This document shows, one piece after another, positions 50,777-61,437 of a stretch of DNA of 64,000 nt. Made by a program: the position numbers and the translations under genes. Numbering within the stretch: the first letter of the stretch is position 1; each line of letters starts with the position of its first letter. The DNA comes from a bacterium (GTDB lineage: Bacteria > Chlamydiota > Chlamydiia > Chlamydiales > SM23-39): NCBI GenBank assembly GCA_021811265.1, contig JAJZPH010000002.1, forward strand, positions 14,821 through 78,820. Direction: 5' to 3'. Below the pieces are notes generated by a model that searched no databases, was not told the DNA's origin, and worked only from the letters and a program-made list of their open reading frames with translations.

Positions 50777-52459
50777 ATGTCGACATCTGATACAACACCA
50801 GTTAGCACACCTAGTAGCTCCAGCCCTCCATCGCCAGTTTCGGGTTTTGACCCAGGAGCTGGGACCTCGGCATCTGCAGCACAAAAGACTAAATCTGCAG
50901 CAACGCCCGCACTCCTCGAGCTTTCTTTGACGCCGACTGTTGCAAGCTCTTCTGTGGCAACTATCCAAGCAACAGAGGTGAAATTCGTTTGTTTACAGAG
51001 ATCAGGTGGCGTTATTAGCAAGATGGGGATAAGTAAAGAGCAGGAAAAACTAGACGAAAATTGGGCGGTTGTCAGAACGGAGCTCATCCGTCAGGCAAGA
51101 GAAGAGAGGCCAGAGTGGATGGAGGGTCTTTCTGATCATGAAGTGGCTGTTGAGATTTTCTTCCAAACAGGCCTTGTCACAATGGAGAAGAAATCAGACC
51201 CTTCTTCAACAATTAGCTTTGTTTTTAAGACAAGAGAGGATGAAGAGACGCAAAAAGCAGCAATATCGCTCCGAACGATAGAGGCAACATTGAAGCAATT
51301 GGGTGCTGTTGGCACAGACATGACCAGCACAGCTCATACAATGGGAATGGTTGGCGCTTCGATGGGATCTGGTCTTAATTATTTTTCTGATTCTCAAATA
51401 ACTCACTATAAACCTGACAAGACAAAGCAAGGATACGGAGAGAGCATTCTTCCAAAGAAAACTTTTTGGCAATGGATTGCAAGAAAACCTGTAACAATTG
51501 TTTCTAGAATCGCAAGACAAAAAAGAGAGTTGGACGATCTTCATCGTTTATTAGAATCTCTAAAAGCAAAAGTAGGAAAACGTGTAGAAAAAGCTCTCGA
51601 ACATGCTACCAGCAAACCTCCTTTAAAAGGACGTGCACTCGAAAGAGCACAAAAACAAATAGCTGCCCTTCAAAAGTATCAGCACCATTTAGGCGCAGTT
51701 GATGAATTTGCAGTAGGATGGGCGTTGGAACACCCTTTCCATGATCCTATCGAAAAATCAATGGATGAAAGAATCGAAGCTGCGAAAGAGCATGTAGGCC
51801 ATCAAGTAAAAGCTCTTGCTCGGCATTTAGGATATGATCCTGTAAAATATGGAAGAAATGCACAAGAGCACCATGCGTTGGAGCTCTATTTTAGAAACAT
51901 CACTCTTTTGGGAATATCGGATCAAAATCTTCACGCTCAGATATGCGAAGAGTTAAAAATGCGAGAACCTGAATGTTCTCTTGAAAGATGTGTTCTTCTT
52001 TCTATGCAAGCAAAAATTCCACATCCTGCACCACTTCCTGGGAAAGGGTCGATAGAGGAAAATGCGCATAGGATGAGAGAAAGATTTGCCTCCTTTTTTG
52101 CCCTAGATCCGAAAGATGCAGCCTCAATTGAAAGATGCTTTACAGAGTTTTGCACTCCTATTTCCAAGCAAGGTGGCTTTAAAATCGTTGCAACAGAAGC
52201 TCCAGATGCAGAAGGCACAACAAGCAGTATAGATGGCATGGAGGAAGAAGATGCTGCTGGCACAAGTAGTGGTCCTGTCGTTGCCCCAGCTCCGCTACCG
52301 GCAGAATTTCCAGATGTGGCTTCGTTAGTTGAGCAACCACTTGCTGCAAGTTCACCCGCTGCGCCGCTGCCAGAGTTTGATCCCGCTCTTCCACGATCGC
52401 TTATAGATGGGTTCTCTGATGATGGAACGATAGATCCTATTTTCGGCAAAACACCATAA
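50777..52459 (+). CDS. hypothetical protein with Ser/Pro/Thr-rich N-terminus and Pro/Ala-rich C-terminus (effector candidate)
   Basis: 560 aa. The N-terminus is MSTSDTTPVSTPSSSSPPSPVSGFDPGAGTSASAA.... The C-terminal ~110 aa are Ala/Pro/Glu-rich. The gene is visibly more GC-rich than its neighbours. Confidence 0.5.
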   Translation: MSTSDTTPVSTPSSSSPPSPVSGFDPGAGTSASAAQKTKSAATPALLELSLTPTVASSSVATIQATEVKFVCLQRSGGVISKMGISKEQEKLDENWAVVRTELIRQAREERPEWMEGLSDHEVAVEIFFQTGLVTMEKKSDPSSTISFVFKTREDEETQKAAISLRTIEATLKQLGAVGTDMTSTAHTMGMVGASMGSGLNYFSDSQITHYKPDKTKQGYGESILPKKTFWQWIARKPVTIVSRIARQKRELDDLHRLLESLKAKVGKRVEKALEHATSKPPLKGRALERAQKQIAALQKYQHHLGAVDEFAVGWALEHPFHDPIEKSMDERIEAAKEHVGHQVKALARHLGYDPVKYGRNAQEHHALELYFRNITLLGISDQNLHAQICEELKMREPECSLERCVLLSMQAKIPHPAPLPGKGSIEENAHRMRERFASFFALDPKDAASIERCFTEFCTPISKQGGFKIVATEAPDAEGTTSSIDGMEEEDAAGTSSGPVVAPAPLPAEFPDVASLVEQPLAASSPAAPLPEFDPALPRSLIDGFSDDGTIDPIFGKTP

Positions 52460-52524
52460 AACTTGCATTTGCATCGATTTCTTAAATCGAAGAAATCGTT
52501 CCAAAAACAATTCTTTCTTATGCA

Positions 52525-53742
52525 TTATTTGCGAATGACAACGGGAGGACGCTCTTTCAGCACTGAGGATTTTTCAATGAGAATCTCTTTTACTGAAGGA
52601 TCGGAGGGAACGTCAAACATAAGGTCGCGCAAGAGATTTTCTACAATCATGCGAAGAGCTCTAGCACCCGTTCCTGTCTCTTTTGCCTTTTCGGCAATTG
52701 CTTCTAAAGCATCTTCGGTAAAGGAGAGCAAGACCCCTTCTTCTTGAAACAGGGCCATGTACTGCTTGATGATGGCATTTTTTGGTTCGGTCAAAATCGC
52801 GATGAGATCTTCTTTGGTCAGTTCATTACAGTTGGCAATGCTATTGAACCGCCCTACAAATTCGGGAATCATGCCAAATTGCACTAGATCCTCTGGCTCG
52901 ACCTTGGAGAGTAGGTAGTTGGTATCGTCGATGCGATCGTGCTTCTTTTGCCCTTCTTTGAACCCAATCGTGCTTTTTCCAAGCCGCTTGGCGATGAGCT
53001 TGTCTAGATGGACAAAGGCACCGCCGACAATGAAAAGAATGTTTTCTGTGTTGACGCGAATATATTCTTGGTGCGGATGTTTACGACCTCCCTTGGGAGG
53101 AATGTTGGCGACTGTTCCTTCGACGATCTTGAGCAGAGCCTGCTGCACTCCTTCTCCAGAAACATCGCGGGTAATGGAAACGTTCGAGGTGGTTTTGCGA
53201 ATTTTATCAATCTCATCTACGTAGATGATGCCGTGTTCCGTTCGGGCTACGTCATAATCGGCAGCTTGCAGAAGACGTAAAATAATGTTTTCCACATCCT
53301 CTCCTACGTAACCTGCTTCGGTGAGGGTTGTTGCATCGCTCATCGCAAAAGGAACATCGAGTATGGTGGCAAGCGTTCTTGCAAGTAGTGTTTTTCCAGA
53401 TCCGGTAGGCCCAATGAGCAGAACGTTGGATTTACTATACTCTACACCCGAAGGTTCTTTGGCGAGAGATAGAACGCGCTTATAATGGTTGTATACCGCA
53501 ACGGCAATCGTTTTCTTGGCATTTTCCTGCCCGATGACATATTCGTCCAGGTGGAGCTTGATCTCTTTTGGTTTCAACACCTTGATCTGCGGCGCTGTAG
53601 GTTTTTTGTGTAGAATGTCTACGCATAGATGGATGCATTTATCACAGATCAGAGCATTGGGGCCCGCGATCAACTTTTCTACACTTTCTTCCGTTCTTCC
53701 GCAGAAGGAGCATTGGGGAGAGGGAGGTTTTTGGTGTGTCAT
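52525..53742 (-). CDS. clpX: ATP-dependent Clp protease ATP-binding subunit ClpX
   Basis: Zinc ribbon CSFCGR...CDKC, Walker A GPTGSGKT, Walker [10 protein letters not shown], and GARALR. Confidence 0.95.
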   Translation of the reverse strand: MTHQKPPSPQCSFCGRTEESVEKLIAGPNALICDKCIHLCVDILHKKPTAPQIKVLKPKEIKLHLDEYVIGQENAKKTIAVAVYNHYKRVLSLAKEPSGVEYSKSNVLLIGPTGSGKTLLARTLATILDVPFAMSDATTLTEAGYVGEDVENIILRLLQAADYDVARTEHGIIYVDEIDKIRKTTSNVSITRDVSGEGVQQALLKIVEGTVANIPPKGGRKHPHQEYIRVNTENILFIVGGAFVHLDKLIAKRLGKSTIGFKEGQKKHDRIDDTNYLLSKVEPEDLVQFGMIPEFVGRFNSIANCNELTKEDLIAILTEPKNAIIKQYMALFQEEGVLLSFTEDALEAIAEKAKETGTGARALRMIVENLLRDLMFDVPSDPSVKEILIEKSSVLKERPPVVIRK

Positions 53743-54329
53743 GCCCCGCTCGGCGGTTTGGCAATTTGATCGATCAGCCCGTAGGAAAGGGCTTCTGAAG
53801 CACTCATGTAATAATCCCTTTCAGAATCGTCTAAAATCTTGGCAAGCTTTTGTCCTGTGCTGTCAGCCAATACTTTGGCAGTAATTTTTTTGAGCTCTAA
53901 TATTTCTTTTGCTTGCAGAGCAATGTCTTCCGATGTTCCGCCCACGCCACCAATAGGCTGGTGGAGCATGATGCGTGAATGGGGAAGAGCAAAACGCTTT
54001 CCTTTCGTTCCGCAGGCAAGAAGAATGGCGGCCATGGAAACGGCCTGACCTATGCAATAGGTATTGATGTCACAGCCCAAATAGAGCATGGTGTCGAGAA
54101 TGGCAAGTCCCGAGGTGATTTGGCCCCCTGGGGAGTTGATATAGAGGTTGATCTCTTTTTTGGGATCTTCCATCTTCAAAAAAAGAAGCTGAGCAATGAC
54201 CACGTTGGCCACCTGGTCATAGATTTCCGTCCCAATAAAAATGATCCGGTCTTTTAAAAGTCTAGAAAAAATATCCATGGAACGCTCGCCGCGTCCCGTA
54301 TCTTCAATTACATATGGAGTTAAAGACAT
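53739..54329 (-). CDS. clpP: ATP-dependent Clp protease proteolytic subunit ClpP
   Basis: 196 aa. [17 protein letters not shown] (active Ser) and MLHQPIGG (active His). 4-nt overlap with clpX. Confidence 0.95.
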   Translation of the reverse strand: MSLTPYVIEDTGRGERSMDIFSRLLKDRIIFIGTEIYDQVANVVIAQLLFLKMEDPKKEINLYINSPGGQITSGLAILDTMLYLGCDINTYCIGQAVSMAAILLACGTKGKRFALPHSRIMLHQPIGGVGGTSEDIALQAKEILELKKITAKVLADSTGQKLAKILDDSERDYYMSASEALSYGLIDQIAKPPSGA

Positions 54330-54374
54330 GCATCACCTGTTTTTTTCTTTTTATAGACTCTTGAAGGGTCCATT

Positions 54375-55697
54375 TCAAGCTTTTTGTTCTGTGGAAGGAG
54401 TAGTGTTTTTGAGCAGGGCCTCTTCTGCTTTTGCCAGTACGAGCTTTGAATAGGCAATCGCGTAGAGATCCTTTTCGATCTCTTGCGGGCGCGCAGCTTT
54501 TCCATGCTTTTCCGAGTAGAGAAGCGAGGCTTCTTGTGTTACTTCTTCGTCAGAGATTGCAATTTTTGCATCTTCTACGATTTTTCGCGAAGCATAGAAT
54601 AGTTTGATTGCATCAATGGCCTCTTGGGCAATGCTTTCTTCCACTTTTTCTCTTTCTTCTTTGCTCATCTTGTCCCAACGCTCTTTAAAGCGGGGATTTT
54701 GCAACGAGGAGCGGAGTCGGTAGCTCTTTTCTGTTTGTATCAAAGAAGAGGGAAGATCGAAAGAGGCGTGCGTTAAAAGAAAATGAGCCGCTTGGTGGTG
54801 CTTTTCCTCGGCGACTTTTTCATCTGCCTGTTGATTGAGGTGGTTTTTCATCCAGTTTTCTAGCTCTTCGACGCTCTTGAGACCCATTTTTTTTGCAAAC
54901 TCTTCGTCTAGAGGAGGAAGAGAGGCCTCTTCAATTTTTTGAATCGTTACACGTACCTTTTTGGGTTCAAAAGCCTTTTTTTCCTCTTCCGGAAGATTCT
55001 CGTCGGGAGAGCTGATGCCTGCAATGACATCGTGGAGCTTTGCACCCACTAAAAGGCGCTTCATCCATTGTGCCATTCCCTTGTCGGATACTTCAAAGCG
55101 GGTCTTGGAGAAAACATTTTGCGGTTCTTCTCCCTCCATGGAGTCGAGGTCCAAGATCACATAGTCGCCTTCTTGTACTGGTCGATTTTCTATCTCTTTC
55201 CACTGTGCGTAAAAAAAACGGGTTTGACGAATGGCTTCTTCTATCTGTTTGGATCCCACTTCGGCCCGAGCAATGGGCTTTAATTGAAATGCAGAAAGAT
55301 CGATGGAGGGGATTTCTGGCTCTGTTTCATAGAAAAAAACAAGTTCTGCCCCTTCCTCAAAGGAAGGGTTTTTGAAGTTGTAGCGGATAGATGTTTGTGA
55401 ATGTACAGGAGGAATGGGAACAGCCCGGCGGGCTAGAGTAAAGCTCAGATCGGCGATGGCTTTTTTCCACTCTTCGGTAAGTTCGTTTAGGTGTTTTTTC
55501 ACGATCAGTTCTTCGGGAGCTTTTCCTTTGCGAAAACCAGGAATGTTGATTTCTTTGGCAAGCGTTTTTATTGCCTGTTTTCTTGCTTTCTGGACGCACT
55601 CTTTTGATGCTTTCACTTCGAGCTCGACGCGGCATTGCTCTTTTTTCTGAATGCTTACGCTTACTTCATCTTTCTGACTTTGTTGTGAAGAATCCAC
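54375..55697 (-). CDS. tig: trigger factor
   Basis: 440 aa with a GTG start. Ribosome-binding signature IPGFRKGKAP. tig-clpP-clpX order. Confidence 0.9.
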   Translation of the reverse strand: MDSSQQSQKDEVSVSIQKKEQCRVELEVKASKECVQKARKQAIKTLAKEINIPGFRKGKAPEELIVKKHLNELTEEWKKAIADLSFTLARRAVPIPPVHSQTSIRYNFKNPSFEEGAELVFFYETEPEIPSIDLSAFQLKPIARAEVGSKQIEEAIRQTRFFYAQWKEIENRPVQEGDYVILDLDSMEGEEPQNVFSKTRFEVSDKGMAQWMKRLLVGAKLHDVIAGISSPDENLPEEEKKAFEPKKVRVTIQKIEEASLPPLDEEFAKKMGLKSVEELENWMKNHLNQQADEKVAEEKHHQAAHFLLTHASFDLPSSLIQTEKSYRLRSSLQNPRFKERWDKMSKEEREKVEESIAQEAIDAIKLFYASRKIVEDAKIAISDEEVTQEASLLYSEKHGKAARPQEIEKDLYAIAYSKLVLAKAEEALLKNTTPSTEQKA

Positions 55698-55724
55698 ACG
55701 CTTTTCCTTTTTTAATCAAATAAA

Positions 55725-55796
55725 AAAGCGGGTGATGAGGTTTGAACTCACGACACTCACGTTGGCAACGTGATGCTCTACCACTGAGCTACACCC
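55725..55796 (-). tRNA. tRNA-Gly (anticodon GCC)
   Basis: The minus strand reads gcgggtg-ta-gctc-agtggta-gagc-a-tcacg-ttGCCaa-cgtga-gtgtc-gtgag-ttcaaac-ctcat-cacccgc-t. This is a perfect 72-nt cloverleaf. Confidence 0.92.
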
Positions 55797-56040
55797 GCGC
55801 TTTTGCGTAAAAATGAAGTTATCATAAGCTTTTCTCAACTTTTGGGCAATCCGAAAAGAGCGCAAGAAAAATCTTTTAAATTATAAAACTTTTAGGAAAA
55901 ATTAATGGCACGGTTTTCTGTTCCAGCTAAAGCAGGAGGACTTCAATGTGCGCAGGTGTCGCATTCTTTCTAAAAAATTTTATTGCATGAGTTTGAGAAA
56001 AAATGTAAAAAGGCTGTGAGAAGAGCTGTTTACAAAATGG

Positions 56041-59000
56041 ATGAGGGATATGTTAAACTTTCGCAAGCTCAAGCAAGATTTCGCATCAAATATTGTAAAA
56101 GAAGGGAAAGATTTACACGATAAAAAAAAGGTGGTGGGGGCCAAAATTCTGCGGCTGGACAATGACCTCATTCGCTGTAGTGGCAAAGTGCTTGGAAATT
56201 TTGATAACACCTATGAGTGCGAAATCGAAGTGGATCGCTTTGAATCGCAAATGATTCACTCCAATTGCGACTGCTCTTATCGTTACGATTGCCAGCATCT
56301 GGCTGCCATGATTTTTTATTTGGAATCTGAGCTCGAAAATATTTTGTTGGAATATTCCAAATCGGCAGAGCTCGAAAAAGATGAAAATTTCAATCAAAAG
56401 CAAAAAGAAGAGCTTTTAGAGACTATCAAAGAAGCAGAAACCAAAAGGGTAGCCAAAGAAGACAAAGCCTATCAACGACAGCTGCTCGAAGAATATGTGA
56501 CCTCTTCTGCTTTTCTCTCCTCTTCTGCTTTCTTCCGCCCCGCAGAGGAAAATATTCAAGAAAAAGCAGAGCTTTCCTTTCTCTTCAACCCGAAAACTTT
56601 GAAAGAAAAAAAACCGGTTGAGTTTCAGCTGGCACTGCGCCTGCCCTCCAGGTCCAAACCTTTACATATCCATTTTTTAAAGCAGTTTCTCCATGCTTTG
56701 CGTTACGAAGAATCGTTGATGATCGGTGGTAAACACTACTTTTTTTCTCTTGGTTCTTTTGATGAAACAGGAGCAAAAATTGCCTCTCTGGTCATGGACC
56801 ATGTTTCTTATAAAGAAGAAAAAAACGATCGCGCACAGCGTATTGCCGAAATCGATTGGGAAAGTTTTGGGATTTTGCTTGCAGAAACCCAAAAAATCGC
56901 AATCGCCAAAAGCGCAAGCCGCAACTTCTCTTCTTCCGACGATTTGCCAGCCCTTCCTTCTCTCTTTGTGGGAAGCCTGGAAACACCCTTGCACTTTTCT
57001 TTTACCCCTGCAAACTTTCGCTTCGATCTAGAATACATCCAACCGCCCAACTCAAAAATCCTTTTAAACCCCCAAGTGATTATCGATCAAAATGTTGTGA
57101 CTTTAGAAAATGCGCTTCTTCTCGAATGTCCGCAACCAGGAGTGATTTACGAAGGGGTCTACTATCGTTTCCCAGAACATATCAAAAGGATCCATTTAGC
57201 GCAGCTTTCACAGGCACGAGAGCTGACCATTCCAGAGCCCCTATTTGGAACCTTTGTGGAAAACTCTCTTCCCGAGCTCAAACGGTTTGCTGAAGTGGCA
57301 AAAACGGAGAGCCTCGAAGAGTTTGTGACTCTTCCCTTTGTCAAAGAACTACAAGCCAAATGCTCCTTGACCTATTTAGACGGGGAGCTGGAAGCCACTC
57401 TGAGATTTACGTATGACAACATTGAAATTTTGGCGTCTTCTGCCCATCTGACAACCGAGAGCATATGTTCCTTTGTCACGAAAGAGGGGATATTGGCCCG
57501 CAATCTGGTCGAAGAGCAAAAAATCATCGAAGATCTTTTCCAAGACTTTGTTTACAACTCTGAAACGGGTACCTACCTTGCCAAATCGGAAAAAAATATT
57601 GTGGAGTTCATGACCGAGGTGGTGCCTAGGAACCAAAAACGGGTGAAATTTGAATGTCCCCAGAACCTCTTGGATCAGTTCATTTATGATGCGACCACGT
57701 TTGAGCTCTCTTTAGATTATGAGGATAAGATAGGGTATTATTCTTTGGAACTCAAAGTGGATGGGGCTTTGAAGAATGTTAAGCTCGATCTTCTCTGGGA
57801 GTGTATGTCCTCTAAGCGTACGTTTATTGAGCTTGCCTCGAAAGAAAAAAAGGGAGAAAAGAATCTGCCCTTTTCGAAAATTCTGGTGCTCGATTTGCAG
57901 CGTTTGAGCAGGGTTGTGCAGATCTTTGATGAAATCGACATCAAAAGTCTGGACAACCACATGGAAGAAAAACCGCTCTGGACGCTTGTCAACGTTGATG
58001 AAAAGGCTTTTTGCGACGCCCCCATTCGCTTTTGCATGAGCGAGAAACTCAAAGAAATCCGCAAGCAGATGTTAGGAGAAACTGTATGGGAATCGGGGCC
58101 TATTCCCAAAGAGGTGCACGCAGAACTGCGCCATTATCAAGTGGATGGAGTGCACTGGCTGGAAAAACTGCGTCACATGTATTTAAATGGCATACTGGCC
58201 GATGACATGGGTCTTGGCAAAACACTGCAGGCCATTGTAGCCATGACCCAATATCGAAAAAAAGAGAAAAAAAATCCCTGTCTTGTGATCTGTCCCACCA
58301 CTCTGCTCTTTAATTGGCAGGAAGAGATTCATAAGTTTAATCCTCGTTTGACAACGCTTGTTGTGGATGGAATCCCCCAACAGAGAAAAAAGCTGATTGA
58401 AAATGTGTTGCAATACGATGTTGTGATCACCTCTTATACACTGCTCCAGAAAGATATCGAAATGTATAAAGAAACTTTATTTGGCTACGCTATACTCGAC
58501 GAAGCGCAGCATATCAAGAATCGAGGAACGCGCAATGCCAAGTCGGTCAAAATGCTCAAAGCTTCCCACCGCTTGATTTTAACGGGAACGCCCATTGAAA
58601 ATTCACTAGAAGAGCTATGGAGTCTGTTTGATTTCTTGATGCCGGGTTTTTTAAGTTCGTTCGATCGATTTGTGGAAAAGTTTATTCGCGTCTCTCCAGA
58701 AGCACATCAAAAATCCATGGAGTATCTCAAGAAAAAAGTCTCTCCCTTCATTTTACGCCGCATGAAGAGCGATGTGCTCGACGATCTTCCTCCCGTATCG
58801 GAGATCACCTACTATTGCCAGCTTTCTCCCCTGCAGCAAGAGCTTTACCGTTCCTATGCCCAATCTGCTAGAGACGAACTGGTCAAGCTGGTAAAGAGAG
58901 ATGGTTTTGAAAAAGTACAGATCCATGTTTTGGCCACTCTTACCCGCCTCAAACAGATCTGCTGCCATCCTGCAATTTTTGCCAAGGAGAAGCCCGAAAG

Positions 59001-59517
59001 GGGAGACTCTTCGAAATATGAGATGCTGCTCGAGCTGCTCCAAACATTGGTCGATGGCGGACACAAGACCGTGATCTTTAGCCAATACACGCGTATGCTC
59101 CAAATTTTGCGCGAGGACTTCGAGCAAAAGGGCATCTCTTTCTGTTATCTCGATGGCACTTCGAAGAACCGTTTGCAGATCGTTAAAGATTTTAATGAAC
59201 GAGCAGACATCCCGCTCTTTCTGGTTTCGCTCAAAGCAGGAGGCACCGGTCTTAACATTGTCGGTGCTGATACAGTCATCCATTACGACATGTGGTGGAA
59301 TCCTGCTGTGGAAAATCAGGCAACGGACCGCGTGCACCGTATCGGGCAAAAGAGATCGGTCTCAGCTTACAAATTAATTACCTCTGCTACAATCGAAGAA
59401 AAAATCCTCGAAATGCAAAAGCGAAAAAAAGGGCTCGTCAAGAAAGTGGTGAGTTGCGATGATGAGGTGGTTTCCAAGTTGACTTGGGAAGATGTATTAG
59501 AACTTCTGCAGACTTGA
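56041..59517 (+). CDS. SNF2-family helicase with N-terminal SWIM zinc finger
   Basis: SWIM CDCSYRYDCQHLAAM. SNF2 motifs DDMGLGKTLQ, DEAQHIKN and LTGTPIEN. Helicase-C motif QATDRVHRIGQ. Confidence 0.9.
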   Translation: MRDMLNFRKLKQDFASNIVKEGKDLHDKKKVVGAKILRLDNDLIRCSGKVLGNFDNTYECEIEVDRFESQMIHSNCDCSYRYDCQHLAAMIFYLESELENILLEYSKSAELEKDENFNQKQKEELLETIKEAETKRVAKEDKAYQRQLLEEYVTSSAFLSSSAFFRPAEENIQEKAELSFLFNPKTLKEKKPVEFQLALRLPSRSKPLHIHFLKQFLHALRYEESLMIGGKHYFFSLGSFDETGAKIASLVMDHVSYKEEKNDRAQRIAEIDWESFGILLAETQKIAIAKSASRNFSSSDDLPALPSLFVGSLETPLHFSFTPANFRFDLEYIQPPNSKILLNPQVIIDQNVVTLENALLLECPQPGVIYEGVYYRFPEHIKRIHLAQLSQARELTIPEPLFGTFVENSLPELKRFAEVAKTESLEEFVTLPFVKELQAKCSLTYLDGELEATLRFTYDNIEILASSAHLTTESICSFVTKEGILARNLVEEQKIIEDLFQDFVYNSETGTYLAKSEKNIVEFMTEVVPRNQKRVKFECPQNLLDQFIYDATTFELSLDYEDKIGYYSLELKVDGALKNVKLDLLWECMSSKRTFIELASKEKKGEKNLPFSKILVLDLQRLSRVVQIFDEIDIKSLDNHMEEKPLWTLVNVDEKAFCDAPIRFCMSEKLKEIRKQMLGETVWESGPIPKEVHAELRHYQVDGVHWLEKLRHMYLNGILADDMGLGKTLQAIVAMTQYRKKEKKNPCLVICPTTLLFNWQEEIHKFNPRLTTLVVDGIPQQRKKLIENVLQYDVVITSYTLLQKDIEMYKETLFGYAILDEAQHIKNRGTRNAKSVKMLKASHRLILTGTPIENSLEELWSLFDFLMPGFLSSFDRFVEKFIRVSPEAHQKSMEYLKKKVSPFILRRMKSDVLDDLPPVSEITYYCQLSPLQQELYRSYAQSARDELVKLVKRDGFEKVQIHVLATLTRLKQICCHPAIFAKEKPERGDSSKYEMLLELLQTLVDGGHKTVIFSQYTRMLQILREDFEQKGISFCYLDGTSKNRLQIVKDFNERADIPLFLVSLKAGGTGLNIVGADTVIHYDMWWNPAVENQATDRVHRIGQKRSVSAYKLITSATIEEKILEMQKRKKGLVKKVVSCDDEVVSKLTWEDVLELLQT

Positions 59518-59530
59518 GTGAAGGAAGCAC

Positions 59531-60625
59531 ATGGCACTACTTGAATCTTTTGATATGAAGGAAATGGCAAAGAGAGCGCGAAAATTTTTCACGAACAAAG
59601 CGGGCCAACTCACCGGACTTTTTTCTTCGGATATTGGGATCGATTTGGGAACGGCTAACACTTTGATTTATGTTCGTGGCAAGGGGATTGTTTTAGCAGA
59701 ACCGTCCGTTGTTGCCGTCGATGCTTTGACCAATGAAGTTTTGGCAGTCGGGCACAAGGCCAAGGCGATGTTGGGAAAAACTCCGCGCAAGATTCATGCG
59801 GTGCGCCCCATGAAAGATGGGGTGATTGCCGATTTTGAAATTGCCGAAGGAATGTTGAAGGCTCTGATCAAACGAGTGACTCCTGCACGAGCACTTTTCC
59901 GTCCAAGAATTCTCATTGCTGTGCCGTCTGGAATTACCGGAGTGGAAAAAAGAGCTGTGGAAGATTCTGCTTTGCATGCCGGTGCTCAAGAGGTAGTACT
60001 CATTGAAGAGCCGATGGCAGCAGCCATTGGAGTCGATCTACCTGTTCATGAGCCTGCCGCTAGTATGATCATTGACATTGGCGGTGGTACCACAGAGATT
60101 GCCATTATCTCTCTTGGGGGCATTGTGGAATCAAGGTCGCTGCGCATTGCGGGGGATGAGTTTGACGAGTGCATTATCAACTACATGCGCAGAACCTACA
60201 ACCTGATGGTAGGCCCCAGAACTGCCGAAGATATCAAGATGACCATCGGATCTGCCTATCCCATGGGAAATAATAATGAACTTGAAATGGAAGTGCGCGG
60301 TCGCGATCAGGTAGCGGGACTTCCTCTTACCAAGAGAATCAACTCCGTAGAGATTCGCGAATGTTTGGCAGAACCCATCCAGCAAATTGTGGAAAACGTC
60401 AAGCTTACTTTGGAAAAATGCCCTCCCGAGTTGGCAGCTGACCTTGTGGAAAGAGGCATGGTGCTCGCTGGTGGCGGCGCTTTGATCAAAGGACTCGATA
60501 AAGCACTTATTAAAGACACAGGCCTTCCCGTATTTGTCGCTCCCAATCCTCTTTTAGCTGTATGTCTGGGCACTGGAAAAGCATTGGAGTATCGCTTCAA
60601 AAGAAAAAAATCTCATGACCTATGA
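59531..60625 (+). CDS. mreB: rod-shape/cell-division actin homolog MreB
   Basis: [24 protein letters not shown] and [12 protein letters not shown]. The start is uncertain (ATG at 59531, 59555 or 59564). Confidence 0.92.
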   Translation: MALLESFDMKEMAKRARKFFTNKAGQLTGLFSSDIGIDLGTANTLIYVRGKGIVLAEPSVVAVDALTNEVLAVGHKAKAMLGKTPRKIHAVRPMKDGVIADFEIAEGMLKALIKRVTPARALFRPRILIAVPSGITGVEKRAVEDSALHAGAQEVVLIEEPMAAAIGVDLPVHEPAASMIIDIGGGTTEIAIISLGGIVESRSLRIAGDEFDECIINYMRRTYNLMVGPRTAEDIKMTIGSAYPMGNNNELEMEVRGRDQVAGLPLTKRINSVEIRECLAEPIQQIVENVKLTLEKCPPELAADLVERGMVLAGGGALIKGLDKALIKDTGLPVFVAPNPLLAVCLGTGKALEYRFKRKKSHDL

Positions 60626-61071
60626 GACTTCTGGTACAAAGAGTCAAAAGAGCAAGTGTTGTAGTTGAAGAAAAGTGCGTCGGAAAAATCCAAAAAGGAG
60701 TTTTGCTTTTTTTAGGTGTTCGTCTAGGTGATTCTATTGAAGATGCCTCTTTTCTTGCTCATAAAGTAGCCACACTGCGCATCTTTTCCGATAAGGAGGA
60801 TAAGATGAACCTTTCTCTTTTTGAGATTCAAGGATCTGCTCTTGTTATCTCTCAATTTACCCTTTATGCCGACTGCCTAGGCGGTAGGCGCCCCTCTTTT
60901 ACTGACGCCGCTCCTCCCCAGGTAGCCGAAGAGTTTTACGAAAAATTTATCCTCGAGTTGAAAAAGGAAATTCCTCACGTAGAAACGGGAATCTTTGGCG
61001 CCAAAATGGAAATCGAGCTTGTCAACGATGGCCCTGCAACCTTTATCGTTGACTCTAAGAAAGCTTGTTGA
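60622..61071 (+). CDS. dtd: D-aminoacyl-tRNA deacylase
   Basis: 149 aa. MRLLVQRV..., SQFTLYAD and NDGPATF motifs. ATGA overlap with mreB. Confidence 0.9.
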   Translation: MRLLVQRVKRASVVVEEKCVGKIQKGVLLFLGVRLGDSIEDASFLAHKVATLRIFSDKEDKMNLSLFEIQGSALVISQFTLYADCLGGRRPSFTDAAPPQVAEEFYEKFILELKKEIPHVETGIFGAKMEIELVNDGPATFIVDSKKAC

Positions 61072-61115
61072 AGAAAAAGTGTAAAAATGTTCGCCCGCAT
61101 AGGGCACTGGCGCCC

Positions 61116-61290
61116 TGTAGGCTGAATTTCGTAAGCAGAAATTCCGCTGAGCAAATTCACCAAAAAATTCCACCGGCTTCTGTGCCTATGGTGCTCAATC
61201 TGACAACCATTTTTAAGCCTGTTGTGAACGCTTTCGATGAGCCCTCTTTTGCGAAGTAAAAACTTATCATAAAGGTTCATGAGCGGGTGT
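61116..61290 (-). mobile_element. IS982-family transposase C-terminal remnant
   Basis: The minus-strand translation LRKRGLIESVHNRLKNGCQIEHHRHRSRWNFLVNLLSGISAYE matches the conserved IS982 C-terminus (IET..LKN..QIEH.RHRS..NF.VNL..GL.AY). Nothing of the catalytic core is present. Confidence 0.65.
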
Positions 61291-61437
61291 GTTGCATAAC
61301 CTCTGTTGAGCAACCTACCTAGCTCGAGAGGTTGGAGCAGCGAGGGATTCTCCCGACCCCACTATTCTAAAAAACATTTGATAACACAAAACCATGGGCT
61401 TAAACTCTTTAGCGACCAAGCAAAAAGAGGCAAACCC

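Noticed and set aside
51937-52449. 170-aa minus-strand ORF opposite the 3' end of the 560-aa gene
   Set aside because: It is a by-product of the locally GC-rich, Ala/Pro/Ser codon composition. It has no independent start context or motif.
52474-52497. 9-bp AT-rich hairpin (cgatttctt-aaatcg-aagaaatcg) between the convergent 560-aa gene and clpX, considered as a bidirectional terminator
   Set aside because: The stem is weak and AT-rich, and no U-tract follows on either strand. This is insufficient for a terminator call.
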